From Phoronis australis (lineage: Eukaryota; Animalia; Phoronida): DNA of 64,000 nucleotides. This document shows positions 27,501-42,500 of this stretch, piece after piece. Made by a program: the position numbers and the translations under genes. Each line of letters starts with the position of its first letter. The first letter of the stretch is position 1. Where the stretch lies: positions 369,535 to 433,534 of the forward strand of contig NMRA01000234.1 of NCBI GenBank assembly GCA_002633005.1, written 5' to 3'. Below the pieces are notes generated by a model. That model made no database searches, was not told the DNA's origin, and worked only from the letters and a program-made list of their open reading frames with translations.

Positions 27501-30500
27501 ATGGATTCATGAAACTGACAAAAAATCTTGTTAAAATAAATCTTAAATCCATCTGTTTACAGCGAAGTTAAGTGTTCTTACTGATCGCAACTCCCCAAAA
27601 CATCGACGATAGTATGAAAGGCCCCCTAGAGGCAATTTATTTACAAGTGTTGCTCCCTCTTGTAGGAATTTCGAAATAATGAGCACACCTAGCATCTGCT
27701 ATTTGAAATGTACACGAAGGGTGCATACCAACATTTTTGTTCATTAATCACTATTCATTGGAAAGCATGTGTGATTTTTTTTCCCTTGTCTGGGAGTGAG
27801 CTGACGTGTCTGCTGGATCCTTGTAGGCTAACCAAACACTGAAGACAGAAAATGTCTAAAGCGAAAAAACCTAACATGTACATTACCATGTATAATTCAG
27901 GCATAATTTAAAAATTATTATAGGGTGGTTGCATTTTATATTTTAACCTAATTAAAAATTATCGGTAGTAGGTTTGAGAAATAAAAGAAAAATATGGGCG
28001 GTAGGTAAAAAAATGAAAGTGCCTTCCTCCCTCCCAGTTTTTACTGAAACAGCCCTTAGGAATTGTTTTTAACGTTTTCTCTTTTGCATGAGGGTCTATC
28101 AAACACGCAAGATTATTTAGGAAACTGTCACATTATCAAATGAAAATTGGTCATGCTATTGTTACTGTTGTACCTTTCTTTTTTACTAAATTTTACTAAC
28201 AATGCTTCGTCATGTGAGCAAATTACTGGTAAATTGGTATCAAGTCTAAAGGCTTTTTACTTTCAGAAAATACTTATGCAGATTTAATTTCTTTAAGTGC
28301 AGACTTACCCTGGAGCAAATTACACCTAGAACGAGTTGTCGCAAGGTTTGGAGGTTGTGTGGGCGCTATTTAAACTACTGCAACTTACCCCACTTGAGAC
28401 ACCTTACTCTGTCTTGTCAATGTGGGGTAACTTGTTCTAGTGCCACTACTAATTTCTGTGTGACTGCAAACCTGGGGCAGGGCGCAAGTAATTATCAGCT
28501 GCGGTTACATACAGACAGGAATTCTTTTGCGCACCATACTTGCATAAGGTGTTCATTGTCACACACAGAGCGACAGCTTGGGCCTTATCCTAGTTATTGG
28601 ATATGCGTGTGTGGACGCTCCATTCAAAAGTGGGGTACGTTGCACTAGTGCTAGTTGGTCTGAGGCAGGCTGTGTGTGGACAGGACTTAAGTGATGTAGA
28701 GGCAGGCTGTGTGTGGACAGGACTTAAGTGATGTAGAGGCAGGCTGTGTGTGGACNCCACCACGCTGTCCCAGATGCCCCGGCAATGTTGACAATTTACG
28801 TTCCTCCGAAACATAAAGAGCAACTTCCGCTTTTCGAGGTGAACGTCGTCTGCAACGCCGCGGTAAGAAAGGAATTTGCCGTGCAAATTTTATATCAAAT
28901 CCGATTTTTTTACGGGGAAATATTATAAAAAAGCGGAAAGCACATTTGAAAAAAGCGAAAATCCACGTTTCCGCGGAAAATTCCAAGCCCTGCTTACTGA
29001 TCGCAACTCCCCAAAACATCGACAATAGTATGAAAGGCCCCCTAGAGGCAATTTGTTTACAGGTGTTGCTCCCTCTTGTAGGAATTTCGAAATAATGAGC
29101 ACACCTAGCATCTGCTATTTGAAATGTACACAAAGGGTGCATACCAACATTTTTGTTCATTAATCACTATTCATTGGAAAGCATGTGTGATTTTTTTCCA
29201 TGTGAGCTGATGTGTCTGCTGGACCCTTGTAGGCTAACCAAACACTGAAGACAGAAAATGTCTAAAGCGAAAAAACCTAACATGTACATTACCATGTATA
29301 ATTCAGGCACAATTTAAAAATTATTATAGGGTGGTTGCATTTTATATTTTAACCTAATTAAAAATTATCGGTAGTAGGTTGGAGAAATAAAAGAAAAATA
29401 TGGGCGGTAGGTAAAAAAATGAAAGTGCCTTCCTCCCTCCCAGTTTTTACTGAAACAGCCCTCAGAAATTGTTTTTAACGTTTTCTCTTTTGCATGAGGG
29501 ACTATCAAACACGCGAGATTATTTAGGAAACTGTCACATTATCAAATGAAAATTGGTCATGCTAGTGTTACTGTTGTACCTTTCTTTTTTACTAAATTTT
29601 ACTAAAAATGCTTCGTCATGTGAGCAAATTACTGGCAAATTGGTATCAAGTCTAAAGGCTTTTTACTTTCAGAAAATACTTATGCAGATTTAATTTCTTT
29701 AAGTGCAAACTTACCCTGGAGCAAATTACACCTAGAACGAGTTGTCGCAAGGTTTGGAGGTTGTGTGGGCGCTATTTAAACTACTGCAACTTACCCCACT
29801 TGAGACACCTTACTCTGTCTTGTCAATGTGGGGTAACTTGTTCCAGGGAAACTTGTGCCACTACTAATTTCTGTGTGACCGCAAACCTGGGGCAGGGCGG
29901 AATTATCAGCTGCGGTTACATACAGACAGGAATTCTTTTGCGCGCCATACTTGCATAAGGTGTTCATTGTCACACACAGAGCGACAGCTTGGGCCTTATC
30001 CTAGTTATTGGATACGCGTGTGTAGATGCTCCTTTCAAAAGTGGGGTATGTTGCACTAGTGCTAGTTGGTCTGAGGCAGGCTGTGTGAGGCAGGCTGTGT
30101 GTGGACAGGACTTAAGTGATGCAGATATTTGGGTAAATGCACACACTTGTTGGTAAGGTCCTACATAACATTAATAAGTTATGTATAATAATTTCCAACT
30201 ACCTACCTGCTATATTATTTGCAGATGGAGGCTGTGAATTGAATAATGGTTGGCTGCCTCCTAATAAGTCATCCATAACATTATTAGCTTGCAGCGGAGG
30301 TGGGCCTGAAAGAAAGCCAAGAGAAAAGTTAGATGCAGCTATTTGCTGAGAAGTCAAACAATATTACAACATAACAAACAAACACAACTGTGTGTCAACA
30401 ACTATCAGTTGTAAGTTTAATGCTGTTTATAAAGCTCAAAACAGAGCACAGATAATGAGCCATGAAAACACTTCATACAGAAATATCATGGTGGGCAAGG

Positions 30501-33500
30501 ATTGAACTACTGGGGAAATGGAAAACGTCAATATGAAAAACATTGCTAACACCACATGAATGATACAAGCACTGGTGGCTCCACCTACCTCCAGCCCCAA
30601 GGTCAAGGTCGCCTAGAAGGTCCAGTAGAGACCCTCCTGAACTACTAGGTGGGACGGGCTCCGTTGACACAGGACCACTGGTGCCCCCCAGAAGGTCGAG
30701 TATACTCTGTGAACACAAGAAAAGACATTGTCATTAGGTCACTGTTTATTTTAAGTCCAATATTAGGTAGTAAGATCCAATATCTGAACTCTTAATACTC
30801 ATCTTGAATACCTGCGTATGCAGAATCAGGGATCAACCTCAACTGTGACTTTAAGTAACTACATATATATAACCAGGGGTCACCCTAGACTGCAGCTTTG
30901 AATAATTTTGTAGATAGAACCAGGCATCACCCTAGACTTCAGCTCTGAATAATTTTGTAGATAGAACCAGGCATCACCCTAGACTTCAGCTCTGAATAAT
31001 TTTGTAGATAGAACCAGGGATCATCCTAGACTGCACCTTTGAATAGCTAAGTATGCAGAACTAGGGATCACCATAGACTGCAGTTTTGCAGCATTTCTAA
31101 TCAAGAAAATTAAATCAGTGCCTTTGTATGGGCGCGGCCAACTTGATCACAACTGCAGGTGATGGAGGTGTGGAAGAAATGACTAGGGAAGCGGTTTTTT
31201 TGCTATATGCAAGGGGCCATGATCCCTTTGTGTCCCCACCCAGTGGCTGCTCCCATGGCAATTTTAAAAAGGAACACTTTCACCAGCAAAAATTCTGCTT
31301 TCAGGCAAGGTAAGGAAATCCCTGCAGAACCGAGAACGTCAAAATTAAATAGAACTGCAAGCTAAATTTTGAAGATAATATTTCGATCCAGATGCGAAGC
31401 AACGCATTTTCCCCATCGAAACCTGATGAACAGGAATAAAATCAAATCTTCTTATGAACATGTGTCTGCTCACCTCACTTTGTTTCTGCTCTACAGAGGG
31501 TGGTGCAGGCTGTTGTAGCTGTGTGGAGCCAGTCATAGCCACCAGGTCATCTCCAGCATCAGTGTCTCCATTTTCTAGTACACTAGCACTCTTCTCCATC
31601 AGAGGCATGTGTTCCAAAAGGCCAGACCTACAGTGGGTGACATATACCGACTTACATTACAGTTGATATGTGGAAGATAGCTGTGTAAATGGCATCAACA
31701 TCACTACAACTCTGAGTGTAAGTTGCCAAGCTTTCACACATTTCTCTTTACAGCATTTCACGACCTTATGTGGATCTATGCCACAAGCCATATAAGAGAA
31801 ATTTTGAAGATCAGTGCCCTCCGTTGTGGATAAAGAACAGCAAAACTGACATAAACACTGTGTATTCCTCACAGGTCATACTCACCTAATTTGATCGTGT
31901 TTCTTGAAGATATTCAAGTACTCTGTTGACCGCTGCTGCAGCTCCACCTGTGTGCTGGAGCCATACGGTGCCAAGATGTTCTGTATTCGCCTGCAGTCAT
32001 ACACAGCGATAACATTAGCAACAATTACACATACAACTAAAACTGGACATGCCAGCCTTAGGCATGTACACTTTACAAAGAAATTTCGCGTTTTTCACAC
32101 TAAAATAAAAACCAAGCGTATATACAGGTTTTCATCCAAGCTGCAAGTTGCTTGTTAATTCTTATTTCCCTACTCTCACGTTTTCATCTGAACTCTTCAT
32201 TGAAGAATTGTTTTAATTAAAAAGCAATGACTTACGTGGCTGTTTGAGTAAACCTTGTACTAAGTTTCATTATGGCTGTGATGACGTATTCTTTGGTGAC
32301 TACAGAAGATAGCTTGCTTACTAGAGCTTTCTGCAGGACATCTAGTACTTCATCTTCACTGACCTATAAGGAGAACATGAATTATAGGAACAAATGGGGG
32401 CACACGCCTCCACACTCACACACACACACACAGAGTTTGGCCTCAATTAAAACAAACAAATTAACATTGCACAAAATGTTTGTCACATGGTCAAGGACAG
32501 GGGTTGAGTTAGAAAGTACCAAAAACAAACCAATAAACATCTGTCTGTCAGTCTGTCTAGGACCTGTGTGATATCACATAGATACAAACATTAAGAGTTG
32601 TTACATTCACCTTTGTAGATCAAGATAAGAACATCAATATGCCTAACACAAGGCAGATTAGAATAAACAACTAAGGCACTCCAGATGCTAGACACTCATT
32701 ACTGTATGCGATAAATGCACTACATCTTCTTGTTTTCCCTATAACATTACAGCTCATGTGGGCTTGTGCAGCATTTATTCCCTTTGACATACACAAAGTG
32801 CATGGTGCAAGGGTGAATGGTGAACACATCCTAGTGTTCTACATATACAGTGCACAGAGAGTCTATGTGGTGTGTGGGTGAACGGTAAAAACACCAAAGT
32901 GTTCAACATACACGCAATGCACATGGTGTGAATGAATGGTGAATATATCCATTGGCAAGTGCTTAACATGTACAGTGCACAGTGAGTTTATGTAGGTATG
33001 GTGTGAATGAATGGTGAATACATCCAAGTGCTTAACATGTACAGTGCACAGTGAGTCTATGTAGGTATGGTGTGAATGAATGGTGAACAAATCCAAGTGT
33101 TCAACATGTACAGTGCACAGTGAGTCTATGTAGGTATGGTATGAATGAATGGTGAACAAATCCAAGTGTTCAACATGTACAGTGCACAGTGAGTCTATGT
33201 AGGTATGGTATGAATGAATGGTGAACAAATCCAAGTGTTCAACATGTACAGTGCACAGTGAGTCTATGTAGGTATGGTATGAATGAATGGTGAACAAATC
33301 CAAGTGTTCAACATGTACAGTGCACAGTGAGTCTATGTAGGTATGGTATGAATGAATGGTGAACAAATCCAAGTGTTCAACATGTACAGTGCACAGTGAG
33401 TCTATGTAGGTATGGTATGAATGAATGGTGAACAAATCCAAGTGTTCAACATGTACAGTGCACAGTGAGTCTATGTAGGTATGGTATGAATGAATGGTGA

Positions 33501-36500
33501 ATATATCCAAATGTTCAACATGTACAGTGCACATTGAGTCTATGTAGGTATGGTGTGTGAAGGTATGGTGAAGACACCCGTTTTAATAAGAAATTTTAGT
33601 CCATTCTCAGCATATCTAGAGTAATGCCTTCATGAAACAACATGGGAGAAAATTGTAGCATTTGAGAAATGAAAAATGTGGCAGTTACTTTTGAACACAG
33701 TTGAGTAATATTAACCATATTAACATGGACTAAGTCAATGTAGAAATTTCCAATGAGCTAGATAAAGTTAAGAAGTTTAAGATTAAAGTGAGTCTATATA
33801 ATATTGTAAATACAGCCAAATAAGCAGATATGCCCCCTGCAGTGTACGTTATCTCAATACTGCCCAGTCTGCCAGGATCATCAGTGTACTTAAACTCACT
33901 CTACGGAATCTTGGGGCACCGGCACGCTACAAAAGGGATTGTGATACTTAAAAGTTAAATGCTCCCTAACCAAATGTGACCTAATGTTGAGTATCTTGGG
34001 CCTCAACATGTTCTCAAGCATTGCGTATTCGGCTGATTTCATATAGCAGAGCAACAACGAGACCACTATAAAACATGCTATATCTCACTAAAACGGGTAA
34101 GATTCAAATTTTGTAGCAAGCGCCACCTAGTGACTTCCTGGAGAACTTTGTATCCAAGTATAATCAGGAAAAGAAACAATTTGCATATAAATTGCAGTTT
34201 TTAAGAAAACACCACAACTAATACACTTAAAAACAAATGTGAACATATAAATAATCCTAGTAATTTCAAATATCACGCAATTGTTATTCGATAGTGAAAT
34301 AAAGAAGTTCTTCAGGAACTCACTAGGTGGCGCTTGCAACAAATACGAATACTCAGTTTGAACGAGACATACCATCTTTAAGTACACCAAGCGTGTGTTC
34401 AGTAGTCTTTACACAACTGGGTGTTCACTCCCTACATCCACAGCTTCCCAAGCTTCAGTGGATGCTGTAAAATTATTGACTTTTCACACGGTCAATAATT
34501 TGGTTTTTAGACTAAAAAAACTGTGGTGACCGTATGACTCGTCATTACAGAAGAGATCAATAGGTGCAATTACTGACTTGGAAATATTGATCGCTGTTGA
34601 AATTAAACTTCACAATATGTCCAAGACTGATCATGACATGCCTTGTCTGCCAAGGCACACATCATACTATCATGTGTGTATGACAGTGTTTAATGAATGG
34701 ACCTCAGAGCTCATTCCCTTAAGAACACCACCATCAACTAGATGCCACTCACCTGGAGTGGCTCCGCCTCCTCACAAACGCCACAGATCAGCTTATCACC
34801 ATATTCCCCAATGCACCATGCTGCCACCTGCACCAGCGGTTGCTGACTGAGGTCATCACGAAGGAACCCAAACAAAGACTGTACAGTGTAGGCATGTAAC
34901 TGACTTGACTCAGCGATAAGTTTGATAAGGCTGGAGACGACATCATCACGCACATAGTCACCTGTCTGCAACAACGTTAATGAACAGTGTAACAAAGCAA
35001 TCATCAGTGGCCATCTGCACGTCCAGTTAACATCAAGTATGATACATAACATGCACAGTAGAAAAGTACACTATGAAATTGAAACATTTAACTTTTATTT
35101 ATTCACAGGAGCATGATCAAGAAACCAAGCACTGACTTTCAAACTTCCATCAATGACAAGTTCGGTGTTGCATACACAGGATAAAATGTTTAAAGTGGTG
35201 CACAACATAAACTGCAATATAATGTTCATGTGTTGTTACTGCTTACTGGAAGGTGGCTACTGTCAACTCACCGTGGTCAACACCTTCATGACTGTGTCAA
35301 TGTGCCACCTTTTGTTGGGAGAATGCCTGCAATAATCAACATCACTCTTCAGCATATAGGAAGGCAGTGGTGGATACTGACTGCACAGTCTAGTCAATAA
35401 ACTGACTACATCTTACTAACCACTGACTGGTCAACACAGTCCAGTCAACAAACTGACATCTTACTAACCACTGACTGGTCAACACAGTCCAGTCAACAAA
35501 CTGACATCTTACTAACCACTGACTGGTTAACACAGTCTAGTCACAACACCAACTACATCTTACTAACCACTGACTGGTCAACACAGTCCAGTCAACAAAC
35601 TGACAACATCTTACTAACCACTGACTAATCAATGCAGTCTAGTCCCCGCCTTAGGCTACAATAAGCACCCCCCTGAAAACAATTTTTCTAAGTGCCCGGG
35701 CACTAATTAGGGCAACTACGGTTCTCCTGGACTGTTTTTCACTAACAGCTGTGTGGACGCTTTTCTAACTAGTCGAACTTTCTCCACTTGTGACAACTTA
35801 CTTCACCTAATGGAGGTCTTGTTCTAGGGTAACTTGCACCGCTTCTAATTCTTTTGTGGTCGCAAACTTGGGGCAAGATGGAAGTAATTATAAGCTGCGG
35901 TTCGTACAGACTTGTCTTCTACTGCACCCCATATTAGCATTAGCTGTCCATTGTCATGCACAATGCGACAATTTCCACCTTAACTAGTTATTGAATGTGT
36001 GCGTGGACGCTCCACTTAAAAGTGGGGTAAGTTGCAATAGTCAAGTAGTTTTAGGGTAGGTTATGTGTGGACAGGACTTAACACTAATGAAACGAGAATT
36101 CACCAAAGTATAAAGTCTCAAGTTCCCTAATCCCAAGGGTGTCTCTATAATGGTCATCAGCTTTACGGGCTCAATTCATTAATTAGCATCAGCCAGTGCA
36201 CGAGTCTCCCATTAAAAACCAAAACTGCTCGGCTATTTTCCAGAAAATTTCCGAGAAGTTACCTGTCAGCTGCATTGCAGATGCTCGATGCACAGTCAGC
36301 CTTGAGTTCAGGATCACACTTCTCCAGGAAGGTCAGTAGCTCTTTAATCATGCCGCGGATGTTGTTGTTGTTGATTAGTGCAAAACAAAGCTCCACAGCA
36401 CGTCTGCAGTAAATAAGCCACATTGTATTTATAGGCAAACACTTGCCCACCAAGACTGCATCAAAAGCCTACTCAACTCTGTTCTGTGCACAATGGAAAC

Positions 36501-39500
36501 CGTCTTACCAACTGAAAAGTTAACTCACCATAATTATTTAAAATGCTTAAAAATAGAACACATCATAATAACGATATTTCCGTCTCAAAGGAATGTGGAG
36601 TCTAGACTGGATCAGATACAAACCTGTTGAGGTCCATTTGAGCTAGCTCACAACTACACTTCTGTACTGTGGTGGAATAATTCATGACCAAAAAAAAGGT
36701 TTGACACAGCACTAGTTATCAACGACATTATTAAGCACTTACTTCCTAATTGATATGTCGGGATCTTTCAAGCACTCAACAATGGTGGTACGATGTCGCT
36801 GTACAGCGTTGTGATCAGCATGGACTACTCTTAGCAGCGTGTTTAGTGCTACATATCTGAAAGGGTACCAGTCTTGTAGTGCATTGTAAACAGTGGACAT
36901 AACGTGGATTTCAGCTTAACATGATTGAATTAAACAGAATATACATACAAGGACACCGAACCCAATTTTGGCCTATTAACAGATAATAAAGAATTTGGCA
37001 CCCAGCTCTCTGGAACAAAATAGTGCTCTGTAACCTTCCACAAGCTCCAAACCTATGGAGCGAATTTTGAAAACTCGTTACAAAGTTTGGCCAACTGGTA
37101 ATCGTGACTTGCGCTTTAGGCGAGTTACACAACTGTAGGGAAACACCACCCATCTGAAACCAAAATGACTCGGTGATTATGTGTTTTTTGTTGAATACTA
37201 TTTTTATCACCCACGTGGGGAGCAGTGGGGTTGAGAATTCCTTTAAGCGTTTCAGAAACCATACAAACAACTCTCATAATGTATAAAGATGTAAATACTC
37301 AAGCTCTGAAGGACAAAATGACGGCTTCAATTGATGGTAAATGTTCAGGCAACAGCACTGGTCCATATTAACCATGTTTCCACTTACCTGATATTTTTGT
37401 CGTTGTTGAGAAGGAACCGGCCAAGGATGTTTACAGCTAACACCTAACAAAACAAATTTATTTAGTACGTTAACTACTAATTTACTAAAATTGTAATTGA
37501 AATGTATGCCCACCAGACGTGTTTCACATCATGACAGGTATAAACAAATGTCCAAAGGTCTAAGAACATTGGACTGGAACCCAAGTAAAATAAGATTTGA
37601 ACTGACAATGTACAAAATTTACAAATTACTCATAATAAAAATGAAACAGGAAGGGTCCATACAAAGATCATATACAATTCTCCCTTCAAACCTTGCTGTT
37701 CCAAATAAAATACAATGCTACCAACTACAAATAAAAGACTATAAACTAAAATCAGAAGGAATACACCAACAACTAGGTCTATATAGTTAGCCACGTTGTT
37801 AGTCGCTGTGATGTGTCTACATACCCTGAGGCCACTCTCTGAGTTTATCGCCATTATAGTGAGCACAACCTCGTACAGGATGGAGTTGCCCACGTTTTTA
37901 CTCGTCTCTGTGTTAGTGGCTACCTACATGGTGCAAGGAGGGGTGATCAGAACACAAGACACACGGGCTGTTACAGGTGGGTCACAACTACACCTGGCTT
38001 GACAATACCAAACCTGCATACAGTGACTTGCCACAACTGGCCAATGTACTGCTTCAACTTTTGTGGTAGAATCTGGGTGTTAAGGTCCACTTGGCTATAT
38101 TGAACGCTTTTGATATCAATCATGTGATTTTTTGATCACCAAAACATTTTGATTTTCATGTGATAGGTTTTCAAATTAATGGCTCACATAGCACTGCTTT
38201 TCAATGTAAATCAGCAAAAAGACAATGTTTCAGCAAGCCAGGTCAGTTGTTCACTAAACGCAGTCAGTCACAGCTAGGATAGAGTAGAGAGAGACTGGAC
38301 ACTGGAACTGCACCATGTACACAGCCTCCTTCTGTCATTGAGAACCACACATATGGCAGACAGTTGATAAAGACTATGCAGTCTTCTGCAGTTGTGTCAA
38401 GTCCAACTCTTGTACACAAAGCTTGACCAAACAATCTGTATATCCTACCCGAAGGCCAGGCTCCGACTCAATGCCCATGATTGTGAGCACTATTTCATAC
38501 AGAATCGCATGACCAACATTTTTACTGGTTTCTGTATTTGTAGCCACCTAAGCATTCAAGAAAAAATATTAAACAGAGAGCTGACAAAGGATAGCACAGC
38601 ACTGAAAAATACACAGAATATTTCCCTTCCCTTAGCACTATTGCACTTCAAAAACAAAATGCAAGAAGCATCTAACTTGGATAATAAACACACTGCAAGT
38701 AACGGATCTCTATTTTATAGGCTTAGTGCTAGACAAAATGCAGACTAGCTTTTCAGATCTTGAACACGATTGTTTTCGACAACCATAACAAATTTTCATT
38801 CGAAAAACTGCTCATAATAACATGCTCAGTTTAACTAGTAGCACAAAGTGTTGTGTGGCCCAGTATATTGAACTCTTTATTCTCAACAGTAGAAAGCACA
38901 CAAAGTGTTATGTGGCCCAGTATATTGAACTCTTTATTCTCAACAGTAGAGGGCGCACAAAGTGTTATGTGGACCAGTATATTGAACTCTTTATTCTCAA
39001 CAGTAGAGGGCGCACAAAGTGTTATGTGTTCCAGTATATTGAACTCTTTATTCTCAACAATAGAGGGCGCACAAAGCGTTCTGCGACACAGTATACTGAA
39101 CTCTCCATTCTCAATAGTAGAGGTTGGGATTGTCTCCTACCTGCGCTAGTATGTCATTCATTGTCTCGCTAGCCTCACTATCATGTGCGCCTAATAGTCG
39201 TAACAAGCGCAGAATTTTCACCTACAAAAGATTAATCAACTCGATAAAAAAATTAAAACAATTTATGTCAAACTGTGAACACAACCGTCTAGGAAAATTC
39301 AAAAGTTTACTGGAGGTAACGCTTACAAATACTGAGAATGTAACAACAAATGAGAAGCTTGTCGGATAAACTCACCTGAAGAAAGGGGTCACTAACTCCG
39401 GACACGTCATGTTCAGGTGAATAGCCAGACATGATCAAGTTCTTCAGGATACGCACCAACTGCGGCACAAGCTGGAAAAGAACAGTTATCCATCTTGACA

Positions 39501-42500
39501 ACTAGTGTCTAGGTATTTACAACGCCAGATACAAATGTAAAATTAAAAATTATCCGTCATAAATCATTTGTACTTTACTGCCAAATTACAACCAATTTAC
39601 ATTTCTTCAAAATCACTAAAATACAGAAAATCAATGAGCCCGAGAAATCTCAAAATGATTCAATATATTATTAAAAAGATGAAAAAGCTGTAAATCTAAA
39701 CAATACATAAATGTAAATGGTGAGCTAACAGTAGTTCTGAGCTACTTCACAGTTTTGACACAATTTCCAACTTCTAGACTGTCAGTTAACTAGCACTACA
39801 ATCCAAGGAGAAGAACCTTTCCCAAAAACCACCACACAACAGGAAAACCGCACCAGACGACTCCAGAAGTTGTACCAGCAACCATGTGATAGCGACACCT
39901 GCAGTCTAAGCACACACCCAGCAAGTCAGTGCCATCTGCAGTCTAAGCACACCCTCAGTCATGTGTCACGTGAGACAGCACCATCTGCAGTCTAAGCATT
40001 GTAGAACTCAATGTATCACCAAAGAATTCTACTTAGGCTTTGTTTCAAAAGAATCCAGGCCAAACTGGATGTGTTTGCCACAAAAAAACAGCGAATGATC
40101 AAAAGAAGCAACTGAGAGGCAGACGAGAAAGGCATGCATCGCTAGAGGGTAGTCTACAGGATTACAACAGGCCAAGCACCACAAGCAGTCTGTTGCATTA
40201 CCTCGTAGCCTTTGTCCTAACAGACGCACATCAGCCAATAATAGAGAAACAGTTAGGGACAAGCCATGACAATGTAATATGCATTGGCTGAGCTATTCTC
40301 ATATACACATTTTCATCACTGAATTAAGCTGAAGACAGTTTATGTTTGCAACACCTTGCAAACCAATAACCTGCGAATTTCATGAAATACAAAAACAGAA
40401 CTGCTGGCAGACGTTGAGAAGAAAATCAACAATGTCAAAAATACACAATGAAGTCAAATCAAAGGTTGAGTGTGCTTCCGTTTCACTTGAATGAGATTTT
40501 ATGTAGAGACATAAGTTAATGAAGGACAACACCTTGTATTTTCTTAAATCTGATAACAACTATACAAAAACGCTAGACAGTGTGAATGGCCACAACAAGC
40601 ATGGCATACAATGGCTTGAGTTATTGTGACTGAAGTCCAACATGTAGCCGGTATTTTCATGTATTTAGAAACTTACAATTCAGTATGATACTAAGTGCTG
40701 TCACTGTAAGTTAAGGATATCTCAAACCTTATTCACAAAAATTAGGCGTTTTTACAATATTTTACATAAATCTAGAAATCTTCATTATCCGGAACTTTAG
40801 ATAAAAAATATATACCGTATATCGAGAAAAAAAGATTTAGCAGAACCACCTGGTCAAAGGTTACAGGGCTGTCACTCCAATCGAATCTCCTGCCAGGCAC
40901 AGTCACAAAACCACTGGTATTCCAAAGTAATGGCTTTGCTTGCAGTTTTTGCAAGCAGCGGTTGTCAAAGAAATTTGATGAAATGTGGAATGTGCGACCA
41001 TCATAATAGTTCAAAAACATACATGGATTACAAAATGATCATTGTCAGTCCTGTTCACATTTTCTGCATTCAATTAGCAACCCAAAATTAAAGAAATTTG
41101 TTGACAAAAAGACCACCTCCAAAATGCCGACTTCTACGTCTGTTTCTGCTTCCGCCAGATTAAGATCTCGAGGGTCAGCCTCGTTTCTAAATCAACCAAT
41201 GGTATTCCAGTACAAACTAGGTCATTACGTTAACTTTTAACATCTTTTCACCAGTCACATCAACTGACGGCAGCAAATACTCAGCGACAAAATGGCGTCG
41301 CGAGCAAGGCATGCGTATGGAAAATGTAGACATTTTTGCATATACTGCCGACTTCTTTCTTTAAATGACTTTTTCCGTTTTGGTTAAGGAACTGGTACTG
41401 TGTTTTGTTTCATTCAGGCCTTACAACTACCACAGGTATCATTGTAATTTGCAATATTCCACGTCTTAACAACTTTGTGGAGCATGTCTGTGAATAATTA
41501 TTTACAGACAGGTTACGTGTTTAGACGGGCATAGAGCAGTTCCGTATGAACCTTCTGTCCTTTCATTCGAGTCCTCATACTAGTGAGTCAAGGAAGTGTA
41601 CATAGCATGGAATGGCGCCGTGAAAGGCCAAGACAAAGCGAACTTTGGATCCTGAGGGAGTTCTGCGTCTGCATGCATGTGACAGTTGAGAACAAACGTG
41701 ACTCCAAGTCAGTGCTCCACCTGTGTGACTTGGTGTTCACAAGCACAGCAAGTTGTGAAAAAGATAAATCCTCAAAGTTGTGAAAAAAGATAAATCCCCA
41801 AAAAAATCATCAATTTGATCAGCAATTTGACATTTTGATGTTTAGGAACACAAGTTCGGTTCTGGTTCACAAGGAAACGGTTCTGTGAATTTCACCGAAA
41901 CTTTCCAATTTCAATATTTATTCATCAATCTCAAAAACGCTGTTAGGATTTTCCTTTTAAGCACCTAATTTTTTGCGAAACATCAGATGGAAGATTATGA
42001 CTGCTATTCGTTCCAAAAATACCTCAAGTTTTATGAGTTTTTTGCCAAAACAACTTAATGAGCAACCAAAAATTCTTAACAGCGTTTTTGAGGTATAATG
42101 TGAAGTTTTCATTTAAAAGTTTCATTAAAATCGACAAAGGGTATGAAATGTACATTTCTTAAAAATGAGATTTTGACTTAAAAGGTGGTAACGTAATAAT
42201 AATGGCACATAAAAATAAAACCTATCTATATAATCTTTGATCTTTTTTCTTTCAGAATATATCTATTTTACTAATTGACATAGCATGGATTTTTTATTTA
42301 TAGAATGAAAGTCATTAAATAAGGTTTAAGATACCCTTAAAGTACCACGCAGCACTATTTAGTCAATGTTACAGTGGAAGCATTCAATAAACACGACATC
42401 CACTGCATAACTTCATCACAGCACTATTTAGTCAATGTTACAGTGGAAGCATTCAATGAACAAGACATCCACTGCATAACTTCATCACAGCACTATTTAG

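Noticed and set aside
32863-33534. 223-aa His-rich repetitive ORF
   Set aside because: It is the translation of a 69-bp intronic minisatellite, and the AP1G1 exons on either side join in frame without it.
39895-39998. Three ctgcagtctaagca repeats with variable spacers (CRISPR-like look)
   Set aside because: Eukaryotic intron, short repeat, unequal and partly related spacers, no cas genes. A degenerate minisatellite.
40766-40794. Second candidate small AP1G1 exon (aag|TTCCGGATAATG...|gtaaat)
   Set aside because: About 29 nt, frame-shifting, weak signals, no homology.
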